From contig JAJCYU010000275.1 of the NCBI GenBank assembly GCA_029262755.1, positions 1-39,610 on the forward strand: a stretch of DNA of 39,610 nt, written 5' to 3'. The stretch is from Anaerolineae bacterium. Its GTDB lineage: Bacteria; Chloroflexota; Anaerolineae; Epilineales; Epilineaceae. The notes below the pieces were generated by a model, which saw nothing but the letters and a program-made list of their open reading frames with translations, was not told where the DNA came from and searched no databases. Within the stretch, counting starts at the first letter, position 1, and each line of letters begins with the position of its first letter. Positions 1 through 10,053 of the stretch are shown one piece after another. A program made the position numbers and the translations under genes.

Positions 1-309
1 GCGCTCATCGGCTGCTTTGCGCACGGACTTGACCACGTCGAAGCTCGTCCGCCCGGCCGGCTTGTCGACCACGATGATTCCGCTGCGTGGCGGCTCCGCG
101 ACATCGGCCCGCCGCGCCAATTCCTCGGCAGGCGATTTGGCCAACGAAAGGGGGATGATCTGCGAGTGGTCCTTATCGATGCGCGCGGCCCAGGGCGGCA
201 CGATGAGTTCCTCCGGATCAATGGAATCTTGGTCGGCGCTCTGGGGAGTCGCGTCCTGGTCCGCCGGGAGCTCGGATGCGTCGGGAGGGTCCACCATCTG
301 ATCGCTCAT
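1..309 (-). CDS. truB: tRNA pseudouridine(55) synthase TruB, 5' part (runs off window start), with about 70-aa acidic N-terminal extension
   Basis: Not in the ORF track. Manual minus-strand translation from ATG 309 gives MSDQMVDPPDASELP...SGIIVVDKPAGRTSFDVVKSVRKAADER, the TruB motif I (G-x-x-x-x-DKP-x-G-x-TS-x-D-x-V). ATGA overlap with the upstream stop at 306-308; usual position after rbfA/nrnA. Confidence 0.9.
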   Translation of the reverse strand, partial: MSDQMVDPPDASELPADQDATPQSADQDSIDPEELIVPPWAARIDKDHSQIIPLSLAKSPAEELARRADVAEPPRSGIIVVDKPAGRTSFDVVKSVRKAADER

Positions 310-1442
310 GAAGACGTCCCAGCGTGTGGGGCGGTCGCGGAAGACGGTTCCGCCTCCCCGCCTACGTCGGCGTTTTGTCCTGCGATGCGCACGTGCGTGT
401 GAAGCGCGCGTTGTACGACCTCAATCGCGTCGTTCAGCGGACCCGCGATGCGCGCGCCCGCGGCCAGGGCATGACCACCGCCACCCATTGCCTCCGCGGC
501 GGGCACGAGGTCCGTTCCCGGCTTTGCGCGCAGCGAGACATCGACGTTGCCGTCGCGGCGTTCGCGCAGCACCGCGATCGCGCGAGGCTCCGCGGCGGTC
601 GCGAGCACGGCGGAGATACCACGGGCTTCTGCCGCACCAACTCCCGCGCGCGCTAAATCATCCAATGTCAGCGCCGTCAGGGCGAAGGGGCCGTCGACGA
701 TCACGCCGTCGAGGGCGTGCCCGAGCAACTTGAGGCCGCCGAGCGGGCGCGTGTAGAACACATGCTGGGTGATGGCGGCTAGCGGCGCGCCAAGCGCCAT
801 CAGACGCCGCGCCGCGTCCATGGTGCCCACGGTCACATTCGGTGTGCGAAATCCGATCGTGTCGGTGACGATGCCGGTCAACAGGCTGGTCGCAGCGGCC
901 ACGTCCAACGGCAGGCGGCCGATGTCGATGAGCGCAACGAGCATCTCCGCCGTCGATGCCGCGGAAGAATCGATAAAGTTGGTGTCGCCGAAACCGTCGT
1001 TGGACACATGATGATCGATCACCAACGTCGGCAGGGATGACCACGTTTCGGGTCGGTAGAGATTTCCGAGCCGCGACGCATCGCCCGCATCGACGGCAAC
1101 CGCAAGATCATGGCGCGTCGGATCGGGCCCTTCGTCCACGATTCGCCCAACGCCCGACAGGAAGGCTACCTCTTGCGGCGCCGCGTCCGCGCATGCGAAC
1201 GTGACGCTCTTGCCTGCGGCTTCGAGCACGGCACCCAAGCCAAGCAAGCTACCGATGGCATCGCCGTCCGGATCAAAATGGGTACCGATCCAGACGCGCT
1301 GGGCCGCTTGCAGCGGTGCGATCGCGACGCGCGGATCCGCGGAAGGCGTGCCGACCTCGGGGCTGCTAGGAGGCGACGGGGTTGGGGGTGGGGATGCGGC
1401 TACCCGCGCGTCCCCGGCTTCATTCGGGTCCGAGGACGGCAT
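306..1442 (-). CDS. nrnA: DHH/DHHA1 family phosphoesterase (bifunctional oligoribonuclease/PAP phosphatase NrnA)
   Basis: Motifs THFDPDGDAIGS, VIDHH, GIVTDT-x-GF, VSLRA, GGGGHALAAG. Start moved to ATG 1442 (MPSSDP), overlapping the end of rbfA. Confidence 0.9.
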   Translation of the reverse strand: MPSSDPNEAGDARVAASPPPTPSPPSSPEVGTPSADPRVAIAPLQAAQRVWIGTHFDPDGDAIGSLLGLGAVLEAAGKSVTFACADAAPQEVAFLSGVGRIVDEGPDPTRHDLAVAVDAGDASRLGNLYRPETWSSLPTLVIDHHVSNDGFGDTNFIDSSAASTAEMLVALIDIGRLPLDVAAATSLLTGIVTDTIGFRTPNVTVGTMDAARRLMALGAPLAAITQHVFYTRPLGGLKLLGHALDGVIVDGPFALTALTLDDLARAGVGAAEARGISAVLATAAEPRAIAVLRERRDGNVDVSLRAKPGTDLVPAAEAMGGGGHALAAGARIAGPLNDAIEVVQRALHTHVRIAGQNADVGGEAEPSSATAPHAGTSS

Positions 1443-1992
1443 CGGTTGGTCCGTCTGCGCCGTCGGCGACGGCATCGTGCTCGTCGTCGCTGCGAAGATC
1501 GTCTTCGAGGCCGTTGTGGGGCTGATTCGAGGGTGACGGATCCGCCCCCGCATGCTCGCCCGCATCATCCTGGGAGGCATCGGTGTGCGGCTCGGCCGCC
1601 GAGACAACGTCGCTGCTCACCTCGTCTTGGTCCGCGGGTTCACCGCGCTCCTCGGACAACTTCTCGAGAAGATCCAATACGCGGTGACCGCTTTCGAAAT
1701 CGCGATCGCGCGCGAACACCAGCTTGGGAATCCGCCGCAGTCCCAAGTGCGCAAGCTGGCCGCGCAGGAAGCCACGGGCCTGCTCGAGCGCCTCGTGAAT
1801 GACCGCAAGCTCCTCTTCGCTGGCGGCGGCCGAGGTCGTGAAGTAGGTCTTGGCCGTCGCGAGATCCTGCGTGCTCTCGACTCGCGTGACCACGATCGTT
1901 ACAAGGCGCGGATCGTCGACCCGGCCCGGCAACAAGGTGGATAACTCCTGCATCAACAGTTCGTTGATGCGTCGTTGACGACGTGTCGCCAT
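1420..1992 (-). CDS. rbfA: 30S ribosome-binding factor RbfA with acidic C-terminal extension
   Basis: [13 protein letters not shown]...DDPRL...VTRVESTQDLATAKTYF...LRRIPKLVFARD; ATG 1992 overlaps the infB stop (TGATG). Confidence 0.92.
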   Translation of the reverse strand: MATRRQRRINELLMQELSTLLPGRVDDPRLVTIVVTRVESTQDLATAKTYFTTSAAASEEELAVIHEALEQARGFLRGQLAHLGLRRIPKLVFARDRDFESGHRVLDLLEKLSEERGEPADQDEVSSDVVSAAEPHTDASQDDAGEHAGADPSPSNQPHNGLEDDLRSDDEHDAVADGADGPTDAVLGPE

Positions 1993-3833
1993 CAGCGAAC
2001 GCGTTCCCGAACCGTGGCCTCGATGATGTCGCCTTGGACAATCTTGCGGAAGCCGTCCACGGAAACTCCGCACTCGAAGCCTTCACGAACCTCGCGTGCA
2101 TCGTCTTTGAAGCGCTTGAGGGAATCGATGGAAGATCGGTGGATGACCTCGCCGTCGCGCACGACGCGCGCCGCGGCGTTGCGCTTGATGACGCCTTCGA
2201 TCACGTGGCAGCCCGCGATGCGGCCCGCGCCCTTGATCTGGAACGTCGCCCGAACCTCGGCGCGACCGATGACCTTGTCCTCGTACTCGGGCGTGATCAT
2301 GCCCTCGACGATGTCCTGGACATCTTCGGCCAGCTTGTAGATGACGTCGTATTCGCGCACCTCGACCTGCTTGGCCGTAGCCATGCGACGCGCGGGCGGA
2401 TCCGGGCTCGTACGGAATCCGATCACGACCGCGTCCGAAGCCGCGGCCAGATCGATATCGGACTCCGAGATGTCGCCTGCTGCGGCCCGTAGGATCTCCA
2501 CCCGGACGTCGACGAGGCTCAGGCCCTCAAGCGACTCGACAACCGGCTGCAATGTCCCTTGGACATCCGTCTTCACAATCAAGTTCAAGGACTTGACCTC
2601 GCCGGCTTGCGCACGGGCGAAGAGTTCCTCCAACGTCAGAGGCGCGATCTCCTCCTCCACGTTGGCACGACGGACGCGATCCTCGTTGTCCGAGGCCAGG
2701 CGCTTAGCATCGCGCAGCTTCTTCACGGCTACGAAGCGCAGGCCGGCCTCCGGTACATCCGACAAGCCCATGACCTCGACGGGCGTCGACGGCGGCGCCG
2801 TCTGAACCTGAGCGCCCGTGTGGTCGAACATGGCGCGCACCTTACTGTATTGCCCGCCGACCACGATCATGTCGCCGCGGTTCAGCGTTCCGCTCTGCAC
2901 CAGGATCGTTGCCATCACACCGCGTGCCGTGTCGATCTTGCCTTCGAGGATGGTTCCGCGCGCCAGCCGCTTGGGGTTGCCGAGCGGCTTGTGCTCTTCG
3001 GCTGTGAGCAGGATGGCGTCGAGCAACTCGTCGAGACCCTGACCCGATTCGGCCGATGTGCGCACGACAAAGGTGTCGCCGCCCCATTCTTCGGGCATGA
3101 CCCCCAGCTCGCTGAGCTGGTTGAGCACCCGGTCGGTGTTGGAGTCGGGCAGATCGATCTTGTTGAGTGCGACGACCATCTGCACGCCTGCGGCTCGGAT
3201 GTGGTCGATCGCCTCGCGGGTGGTCGGCATGACGCCGTCATCCGCAGCAACGACGAGAATGGCGATGTCGGTTGCCTGCGCACCGCGGGCTCGCATCGCC
3301 GTGAACGCCTCGTGACCGGGCGTGTCGATAAACGTGACCGTGCCGTTGTCACGCTTCACGGTGTAGGCACCCGTGTGCTGCGTGATTCCGCCGGACTCGC
3401 TCGCGGTGACCTTCGTCTCGCGAATCGCGTCGAGCAGGCTTGTCTTACCGTGATCAACGTGGCCCATCATGGTCACGACGGGGGGGCGCGCCTCAAGCTT
3501 GGACTCGTCCTCGTCGACCAAGTACCACGCGATGCCCGGCTCTTCCGGCTCCGCTTCCTCGGCCGCGGCTAGCGCTTCGTGCTCGGCCAGCTCAGCCGCG
3601 ACAGCCGCCTCTTGCTCCAAGGCGCCTTCGAGCAGCAGCTCGTAGCCGAGATCCTCGGCGACGATGGCAGCGGTCTCGTAGTCGATCGACTCCGTGATGC
3701 TGGCCATGATGCCGTTGGCGATCAACGCCTTCAGCAGCTCGACCGGGCTGAGCGAAAGCCTCTCCGCCAGCTCCCCGACCGCGATTGTCTGTGGTATCTC
3801 CACCACCGTGCGTTGCTTCACTTCATCCGCCAT
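1992..3833 (-). CDS. infB: Translation initiation factor IF-2 (short form, 613 aa)
   Basis: [39 protein letters not shown]-terminal [19 protein letters not shown]. Confidence 0.98.
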   Translation of the reverse strand: MADEVKQRTVVEIPQTIAVGELAERLSLSPVELLKALIANGIMASITESIDYETAAIVAEDLGYELLLEGALEQEAAVAAELAEHEALAAAEEAEPEEPGIAWYLVDEDESKLEARPPVVTMMGHVDHGKTSLLDAIRETKVTASESGGITQHTGAYTVKRDNGTVTFIDTPGHEAFTAMRARGAQATDIAILVVAADDGVMPTTREAIDHIRAAGVQMVVALNKIDLPDSNTDRVLNQLSELGVMPEEWGGDTFVVRTSAESGQGLDELLDAILLTAEEHKPLGNPKRLARGTILEGKIDTARGVMATILVQSGTLNRGDMIVVGGQYSKVRAMFDHTGAQVQTAPPSTPVEVMGLSDVPEAGLRFVAVKKLRDAKRLASDNEDRVRRANVEEEIAPLTLEELFARAQAGEVKSLNLIVKTDVQGTLQPVVESLEGLSLVDVRVEILRAAAGDISESDIDLAAASDAVVIGFRTSPDPPARRMATAKQVEVREYDVIYKLAEDVQDIVEGMITPEYEDKVIGRAEVRATFQIKGAGRIAGCHVIEGVIKRNAAARVVRDGEVIHRSSIDSLKRFKDDAREVREGFECGVSVDGFRKIVQGDIIEATVRERVR

Positions 3834-4128
3834 CTAGGTTCTCCGTGCGCTGCCGCGCCCATGCGACCAGCTGCGTTGTGTCGATCGTCTCGCCCGACGC
3901 GCCGAGCGCGGCGGCGAGGCGAGGGGAAAGGCCTTTCACCCGTCCCTCGTCCATCGCTACGCAGTCGCACACATAGGCGCCGCGTCCTTGACCCTTCCCT
4001 GTTTGATCGTGTTGCAGCCGCGTGCCTGAATCATCCGCAACGAGATGTACCCGCAACAACTCCGCCTTGGGCTTGCGCCTTCGGCACATCACGCACATGC
4101 GTTCCGGTGGGGGGCGTCGTCCGGCCAA
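3823..4128 (-). CDS. ylxR: YlxR/DUF448 family RNA-binding protein
   Basis: PERMCVMCRRRKPKAELLRV and GRGAYVC motifs, located between nusA and infB. Start uncertain (TTG 4128 or ATG 4098). Confidence 0.85.
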   Translation of the reverse strand: MAGRRPPPERMCVMCRRRKPKAELLRVHLVADDSGTRLQHDQTGKGQGRGAYVCDCVAMDEGRVKGLSPRLAAALGASGETIDTTQLVAWARQRTENLDGG

Positions 4129-4162
4129 TGCGTTCGGGGCGTGCTGCGTTGCCGCGGCCGGC

Positions 4163-5974
4163 CTACTCTTCTTCGTCGTTTTCTTCGCCCCCTGCAAGAA
4201 AGTCTTCCTCTTTGAAGTCCATCTCGTCCTCATCGAAGTCGAAGTCTTCCTCGCCGGTCCACTTGTCTACGTCGTCGCGCCAGTCGCGGCGGGAGCGCTT
4301 GCGTCGAACCTCGGCGACAAGCTCGCCCGTCTTCGGATCGCGCACGAGGCGACGTGTTTGGCGTTGCGGCTTGCCGCTATCGCCGACCAACAATTCTTCC
4401 TCCGCGTCCCTGGGCTTCGTCCATGCCGGTTTGGACGGTGCCGGTGCGGGCCGCGGCGTCTCCGCGGCCTTGGCCGCCGGCTTCACCGTCGCAGGGGCAG
4501 GAGTCTTCGCCGTAGCCGGTGCTGCCTCCACCGGTTTCGCAACGGCCGCCGGCTCGAGCTCCTCAGCCGAATCTTCCTCATCGGCCGCCGACGTGTCGCT
4601 GGCAACCGCAGCGCCGATCGTGGCCGGAGCGTCTTCGCTCGCAGTCTCCGGTTGTTCGGCTACTTCAAGATCCGTCGCTGCCCCGTCATGGGCGGCAGGC
4701 GCTTGCGGCTCGTCCTCCGCCGGCGCCGGCATCGCCGCCGCCACGTCTTGGACGTCTGCCTGCTCGCCGGCGCTCTCGTCTTCGCCTTCCGGCTTGAGCG
4801 ATAGATCCTCCGCCAGACGCTTGCGCTCTGCCTCTGCCCGGCGCGATTGCTCGGCCTTGCGAATCTCTTCCTCTGCGCGCAGGTTCTCGAGCAGATCGGC
4901 CGACTCGCTCTCGGCACGAATGTCGATACGCCAGCCGGTCAGCTTGGCGGCGAGACGCGCGTTCTGGCCCTCGCGCCCAATCGCAAGCGAGAGCTGATCG
5001 TCAGGCACGATTACCGCCGCCGTGCCGCGCACGTGCGTGATCTCTTCGTCCGCCGCTTCCAGTGCGACAAACATCACGCGCGCCGGAGACAGCGCGTGCT
5101 TGATAAACATTCTGGGATCCGGATCCCACTCGACGATGTCGATCTTTTCGCCGCCGAGTTCCCGCACAAGGGATTGGATTCGGACGCCGCGCATTCCGAC
5201 ACATGCCCCGACCGGATCGACGCCTTCTTGATGCGACCAGACCGCCACCTTGGAGCGGTTGCCCGCTTCACGCGCGATGGCCTTGACCTCGACTGCGCCC
5301 TGGAACACTTCGGGAATCTCTAGTTCCATGAGACGAAGCAGCATGTTCTTGTGGCTGCGGCTGACGATGATCTGCGGACCCTTCATGGCCCGCTTCACCT
5401 CGGCGACATAGACCCGAACCCGCTGGTTGGGCATGTAGCGTTCGCCGGGAATCTGGTGGCTCTTGGGCATGATCGCTTCGACGCGGTCGAGCGCCACCGT
5501 GATCAGGTCGCGATTTGTCGTCTGGACGGTGCCGTAGACGATCTCGCCTTCGCGATCCGCATAGGTCAGATAGGTTTGCTCGCGCTCGGCCTCGCGGATG
5601 CGCTGCAAGATGACCTGCTTGGCCGTCTGCGCAGCGATCCGTCCGAAGTCCACCGGCGTCACGTCGAGCGAGATCAAATCACCCACGGCCGCGCCCGGCT
5701 TGTGCGTTTCCGCCTGTTCGGGCGTCATCTGGCTGAGCGGATCCTCGATGAATTCCTCTTCCGTGACCGCGAAATGACCGTATACATGTGCCGCGCCGGA
5801 AGATTCGCTGATCTCCACCGTGACTTCGCTGGCCTCTCGGTCGGGAATCTTGTCATACGCCGACTTCAGCGCGGCCTTCAGCGCGTCGAGGATCACTTCG
5901 GGAGGAAGCTCACGCGCCGCACTGAGACCACGGATGGCGGCCATCAGTTCGGTACTGGAGCTAGTCACGGCCAT
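4163..5974 (-). CDS. nusA: Transcription termination/antitermination factor NusA with long C-terminal tail
   Basis: [76 protein letters not shown] 5974 is preceded by a GAGAGG RBS. Confidence 0.97.
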   Translation of the reverse strand: MAVTSSSTELMAAIRGLSAARELPPEVILDALKAALKSAYDKIPDREASEVTVEISESSGAAHVYGHFAVTEEEFIEDPLSQMTPEQAETHKPGAAVGDLISLDVTPVDFGRIAAQTAKQVILQRIREAEREQTYLTYADREGEIVYGTVQTTNRDLITVALDRVEAIMPKSHQIPGERYMPNQRVRVYVAEVKRAMKGPQIIVSRSHKNMLLRLMELEIPEVFQGAVEVKAIAREAGNRSKVAVWSHQEGVDPVGACVGMRGVRIQSLVRELGGEKIDIVEWDPDPRMFIKHALSPARVMFVALEAADEEITHVRGTAAVIVPDDQLSLAIGREGQNARLAAKLTGWRIDIRAESESADLLENLRAEEEIRKAEQSRRAEAERKRLAEDLSLKPEGEDESAGEQADVQDVAAAMPAPAEDEPQAPAAHDGAATDLEVAEQPETASEDAPATIGAAVASDTSAADEEDSAEELEPAAVAKPVEAAPATAKTPAPATVKPAAKAAETPRPAPAPSKPAWTKPRDAEEELLVGDSGKPQRQTRRLVRDPKTGELVAEVRRKRSRRDWRDDVDKWTGEEDFDFDEDEMDFKEEDFLAGGEENDEEE

Positions 5975-6026
5975 GTCGCCTCTCATCAGCTTCGTCCCCC
6001 GGACTGGGGGTACGACCTCCGTACGC

Positions 6027-6054
6027 AAAGAAAAGCGGGGCAAGCCCACTTTCC
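6027..6054 (-). terminator. rimP-leader-type attenuator hairpin upstream of nusA
   Basis: mRNA GGAAAGUGGG-CUUGC-CCCGCUUUUCUUU: 8-bp stem plus U-rich tail, lying between the promoter and nusA. Matches the known terminator leader of rimP-nusA-infB operons. Confidence 0.75.
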
Positions 6055-6086
6055 AGGATGCATAGGAATTGTGGTTTTCGGCGCGG

Positions 6087-6115
6087 ATTATACCACGCAG
6101 CCGACTTCCTCACAA
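6087..6115 (-). promoter_or_regulatory. Sigma70 promoter of the nusA operon
   Basis: TTGTGA (6115-6110), 17-bp spacer ending in TGG, then TATAAT (6092-6087); extended -10 element. Confidence 0.8.
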
Positions 6116-6151
6116 GTGTTTTGGCCGGTCGCGGCCATGCTTCCGCGGGGC

Positions 6152-6157
6152 TATAAT
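6152..6157 (+). promoter_or_regulatory. Probable -10 element of acs
   Basis: Perfect TATAAT about 40 bp upstream of the acs ATG; no recognisable -35. Confidence 0.55.
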
Positions 6158-6196
6158 CCGCGCCGCAATGCGCCCGAACACGCCAAGGAGCCTGCC

Positions 6197-8134
6197 ATGA
6201 TCCCGGTCAAACCCGCGCTCTCCGGCAGCGCCGCCATCGGCTCGCTGGACGCCTACCGGGGGCTCGCCGAAGAGGCTCTACGCGAGCCCGATGCCTTCTG
6301 GCTCCGCCAAGCCGAGAGCCTGACGTGGTTCCGCGCGCCCGAAGCGGCCGGCGGCGGTGACTTCACCGCCGTGGATATCGCCTGGTACCCCGGCGGACGT
6401 CTGAACGCTGCGTACAACTGCATCGATCGCCATATGACCGAGCGTGCGGACAAGACCGCCATCATCTGGGCGGCGGACGAAACCGGCACGTACCGCCACA
6501 TCAGCTACCGCGAGCTGCAACGCGAGGTCTGCCGCGTGGCCAACGTGCTGCGGGCAAACGGTGTGCGGCGCGGGGACCGGGTTTGTATCTACCTGCCGAT
6601 GATTCCGGAACTGGCGTTCACGATGCTCGCCTGCGCGCGCATCGGCGCGATCCACTCGATCGTGTTCGCCGGCTTCTCGGCTGAAGCCCTGCGCGACCGC
6701 ATCCTCGACGCCTCCTGCCGCGTGGTCGTCACCGCCGACGAGGGGTTGCGCGGCGGCCGCGCGATCCCGCTCAAGGCCATGACCGATGAAGCGGTCGAGG
6801 GGCTGGACGTGGTCGAGCATGTGCTCGTCGCGCGCAGAACGGGGGCCGAGGTTCCGATGCGCGCCGGCCGCGATCTGTGGCTGGACGAGGAGATGGATCG
6901 CCAGCGCCCGACGTGCCCCGTGGAATGGATGGACGCGGAGGATCCCCTGTTCATCCTCTATACCTCCGGCTCCACCGGCAAGCCCAAGGGCCTATTGCAC
7001 ACCACTGGCGGCTACCTGACATACGCCTCGCTCACCCACCGGTTGGTCTTTGACCTGCGCGAGGACGACGTCTACTGCTGCGCGGCCGACATCGGCTGGA
7101 TCACCGGCCACAGCTACATCATCTATGGCCCGCTCGCCAATGGTGCGACCACCGTGATGTTCGAGTCGACCCCGCTCCACCCTGACGCCGGCCGCTACTG
7201 GCAGCTGGTCGAAGACCTCGGCGTGAGCATTTTCTATACGGCCCCCACGGCCATCCGCGCCCTCATGCGCGAAGGCGACGAAGCCGTGCAGAGCTATGAT
7301 CGCTCGAGCCTGCGCGTGCTCGGCACGGTCGGCGAGCCGATCAATCCAGAGGCCTGGCGGTGGTATCACGATGTCGTGGGCGAGGGCCGCTGCGCCGTCG
7401 TCGACACCTGGTGGCAGACGGAGACCGGAGGCATTCTGATCACGCCGCTTCCAGGCGCAACCCCAACGAAGCCGGGCTCGGCCACCCTGCCCTTCCTTGG
7501 TATCGAGCCGGTGCTGGTCGATGAACTCGGCGTGGTGATCGAGGGCAACGGCGTCGAGGGCAACCTCTGCATGGCGCGCAGCTGGCCGGGCCAGGCTCGC
7601 ACGATCTGGGGCGACCACGCGCGCTTCCGCGAGACGTATTTCGTCCAATATCCGGGCCTCTATTTCACCGGAGACGGTTGCCGGCGCGACGAAGACGGGT
7701 ACTACTGGATCACGGGCCGCGTGGACGACGTCCTCAACGTCTCCGGTCACCGCCTCGGCACCGCGGAGGTCGAGAGCGCCCTCGTCGCGCATCCGGACGT
7801 GGCCGAAGCCGCGGTCGTCGGGTTCCCGCACGAGATCAAGGGCCAAGGCGTGCATTGCTACGTCATCGTCAACAAGGACGCGGCCGCAACGCCGATCGCG
7901 GAGCTTGAGGCGGCGCTCAAAGCCCAAGTACGGAGCGCAATCGGTGCCATCGCGACACCGGACCGCATCCAGATTGCGCCCGGCCTGCCCAAAACCCGCT
8001 CCGGCAAGATCATGCGCCGCATCCTGCGCAAGATCGCCGCAAGCACCTACGATGACCTGGGCGATATCTCGACGTTGGCCGACCCGAGCGTGGTGGCGAC
8101 GTTGATCGAGGATCACCGGGAGGCGCGAAGGTAG
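6197..8134 (+). CDS. acs: Acetyl-CoA synthetase (AMP-forming)
   Basis: [73 protein letters not shown] before ATG 6197. The ORF-track start at 5351 overlaps nusA and is spurious. Confidence 0.97.
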   Translation: MIPVKPALSGSAAIGSLDAYRGLAEEALREPDAFWLRQAESLTWFRAPEAAGGGDFTAVDIAWYPGGRLNAAYNCIDRHMTERADKTAIIWAADETGTYRHISYRELQREVCRVANVLRANGVRRGDRVCIYLPMIPELAFTMLACARIGAIHSIVFAGFSAEALRDRILDASCRVVVTADEGLRGGRAIPLKAMTDEAVEGLDVVEHVLVARRTGAEVPMRAGRDLWLDEEMDRQRPTCPVEWMDAEDPLFILYTSGSTGKPKGLLHTTGGYLTYASLTHRLVFDLREDDVYCCAADIGWITGHSYIIYGPLANGATTVMFESTPLHPDAGRYWQLVEDLGVSIFYTAPTAIRALMREGDEAVQSYDRSSLRVLGTVGEPINPEAWRWYHDVVGEGRCAVVDTWWQTETGGILITPLPGATPTKPGSATLPFLGIEPVLVDELGVVIEGNGVEGNLCMARSWPGQARTIWGDHARFRETYFVQYPGLYFTGDGCRRDEDGYYWITGRVDDVLNVSGHRLGTAEVESALVAHPDVAEAAVVGFPHEIKGQGVHCYVIVNKDAAATPIAELEAALKAQVRSAIGAIATPDRIQIAPGLPKTRSGKIMRRILRKIAASTYDDLGDISTLADPSVVATLIEDHREARR

Positions 8135-8160
8135 GCGCGATTCATGCGGCGACTCGTCGA

Positions 8161-9111
8161 CTACCGCCCTGAACTGTTAAACGCAGCGCAACCCGACTTC
8201 GCCAGCGCCCGCGCGCCCGCAACGACCTCGCGTGGCTCGAAGTACCAGTCGATTTCCAGCGTGCGTGCCGCGGATTCCGGCAACCACGCACCGAGCGCCG
8301 CGAAGTCTAGCTCGCCGATCCCCGGTTGGAGGTGGTCGCGCAGGCCGACGACGTCGTGAAAGTGGGCGCCGATCCAGCGGCCGTCCACCGCGTCACGCCA
8401 ATCGCGCCAGCGCTCGAGCCCTACTCGTACTCGTGCGGCGGTGTGGCCCGTGTCCAGCCAAGCGCCTAGTACGGTACTCGCTGGATCCAACGCGTCGAGC
8501 AGCTGCAACATCCCACCTGCTGTCGGCGCCTCCCACGCATGGTATCCGGTCTCCAACCCGACCCGGACGCCCGCCGCTGCTGCCGCCGCGATGACCGGCT
8601 CCAACGCAACGCGTGCGCCGTCGAGGCGCTCCTCTTGCAGCGCGACCAGCCGATCGATCACATGGGCGCGAACGACCCTCGCGCGGCTCGCGGCTTCCAA
8701 CGGCCTCTGACCCGCCCGCACCCGGCTCGTCAGCTCGAACGCGGATCGCCGGAGCGCCTCGTCGTCCAGCGCGCCCGCGTGAACCACGACGGTCGTAGCG
8801 CCGATGGTGCGCGCCGTTGTGATCGTGGCGAGCATGCCCGCTGTCCACCGTGCGCGGCGCGCCGGGTCTGGGCTGAAGGCGTGATCGCGCGGGTCGTACT
8901 CGGCCGGCCGGGGGCAGGGGTGGTGGATCGTCGTGATCGTCGCGCCCGAGGCCTTCACCGTAGCTAGACCCGCCGGCGGTACGTCGTGGCTTAGCTCGAA
9001 GCGCGCGAAGCCCATTGCGCGGCCGGCCTCGAAGAACGCACAGAGGTCGTTGGGCGACGCGAAACGTTGGTGCCACATCGAAGACAGCGCCAGCTGCGGC
9101 AGGCCGCTCAC
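8161..9111 (-). CDS. Sugar-phosphate isomerase/epimerase / AP-endonuclease-2 family TIM-barrel metalloprotein
   Basis: Metal-ligand pattern VGLET...WLDTGH...AHFHD...DHLQPG-x-GELDF...LEI; GTG 9111 overlaps the uppP stop (GTGA). Confidence 0.75.
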   Translation of the reverse strand: MSGLPQLALSSMWHQRFASPNDLCAFFEAGRAMGFARFELSHDVPPAGLATVKASGATITTIHHPCPRPAEYDPRDHAFSPDPARRARWTAGMLATITTARTIGATTVVVHAGALDDEALRRSAFELTSRVRAGQRPLEAASRARVVRAHVIDRLVALQEERLDGARVALEPVIAAAAAAGVRVGLETGYHAWEAPTAGGMLQLLDALDPASTVLGAWLDTGHTAARVRVGLERWRDWRDAVDGRWIGAHFHDVVGLRDHLQPGIGELDFAALGAWLPESAARTLEIDWYFEPREVVAGARALAKSGCAAFNSSGR

Positions 9112-9923
9112 GGCAGGCGCCACAGCCCGACGAGGCCGAGGATCCAGGCCCACGCGACGAAGACGTGCAGCGGTCGGCTGCGCACCCAGGCCAGCAGGCC
9201 GCCGATCGCGGCGAGGCCCACGAGGAAGGCGACGACGAATCCGACAGCCAGGGGAAGGAGTTCATCCGCAACGGGTCCCGTCGCGAAGAAATCGAGTAGC
9301 TGAACGGCCGCCGCTCCGACGATGATCGGCGCCGCCATCAAGAAGCTGAATCGCGCGGCCGCTTCCCGGTTCAGGCCGAGCCCCAGGCCGGCGGCGATCG
9401 TCGCTCCCGAGCGCGAGACGCCCGGAACGATCGCCAGCGCTTGGGCCAGCCCGACGAGGAGTGCATCGCGCGGCGTGAGGTCCTCGGCCTCGCGTTTCCG
9501 GCGGCCGATCAGTTCCGCGACGAGCAGCACGGCACCCGTCAAGAGCAGCATCGCGGCCGCGATGCGTGGCGCAGCAAAGAGCCGCTCGAACTCGTCCTTG
9601 AGCGCAAGCCCGGCCACGATCGCGGGCACGCTGGCCAGCAGAATCAAGCAAAGGAAGCGGCCGTTCGGGTCGCGCCACGGTGCACCCGAGCTACGCGTAC
9701 CGTGCCACGCACCGCGCAACAGGCGTAGCCAGTCGGCACGGAAGTAGAGCAGCACGGCCATCGCCGTTGCCAGATGAACGATCACGTCGAAGGTGAGGCT
9801 CTGGTCCGGCCATCCGAGCAAGGCGGGTACGATGACGAGATGACCGCTGGAGGACACGGGCAGGAACTCCGTGGCTCCTTGGAGGGCTCCCAGGAGCGCA
9901 GCGCGCAGCAGCTCGGGGTTCAT
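9108..9923 (-). CDS. uppP: Undecaprenyl-diphosphate phosphatase
   Basis: QGATEFLPVSSSGH, PGVSRSGAT and AARFSFL motifs; multiple TM helices. Confidence 0.96.
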   Translation of the reverse strand: MNPELLRAALLGALQGATEFLPVSSSGHLVIVPALLGWPDQSLTFDVIVHLATAMAVLLYFRADWLRLLRGAWHGTRSSGAPWRDPNGRFLCLILLASVPAIVAGLALKDEFERLFAAPRIAAAMLLLTGAVLLVAELIGRRKREAEDLTPRDALLVGLAQALAIVPGVSRSGATIAAGLGLGLNREAAARFSFLMAAPIIVGAAAVQLLDFFATGPVADELLPLAVGFVVAFLVGLAAIGGLLAWVRSRPLHVFVAWAWILGLVGLWRLP

Positions 9924-10053
9924 GCGGCGTTGCTCTCGCCAGGCTCGCAGGCCTTAGCTATGCCAGGGACAAGCTGCGACAGATACGACATAGCCCGCCA
10001 CGCGCCCATTCCGATCCTCGACATTCGCGATTCCCGACAAGCCCCGCGGCCGA

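Noticed and set aside
5351..6196. 927-aa ORF suggesting a 282-aa N-terminal extension on Acs
   Set aside because: The extension is antisense to nusA and crosses both promoters. The RBS and homology begin at ATG 6197.
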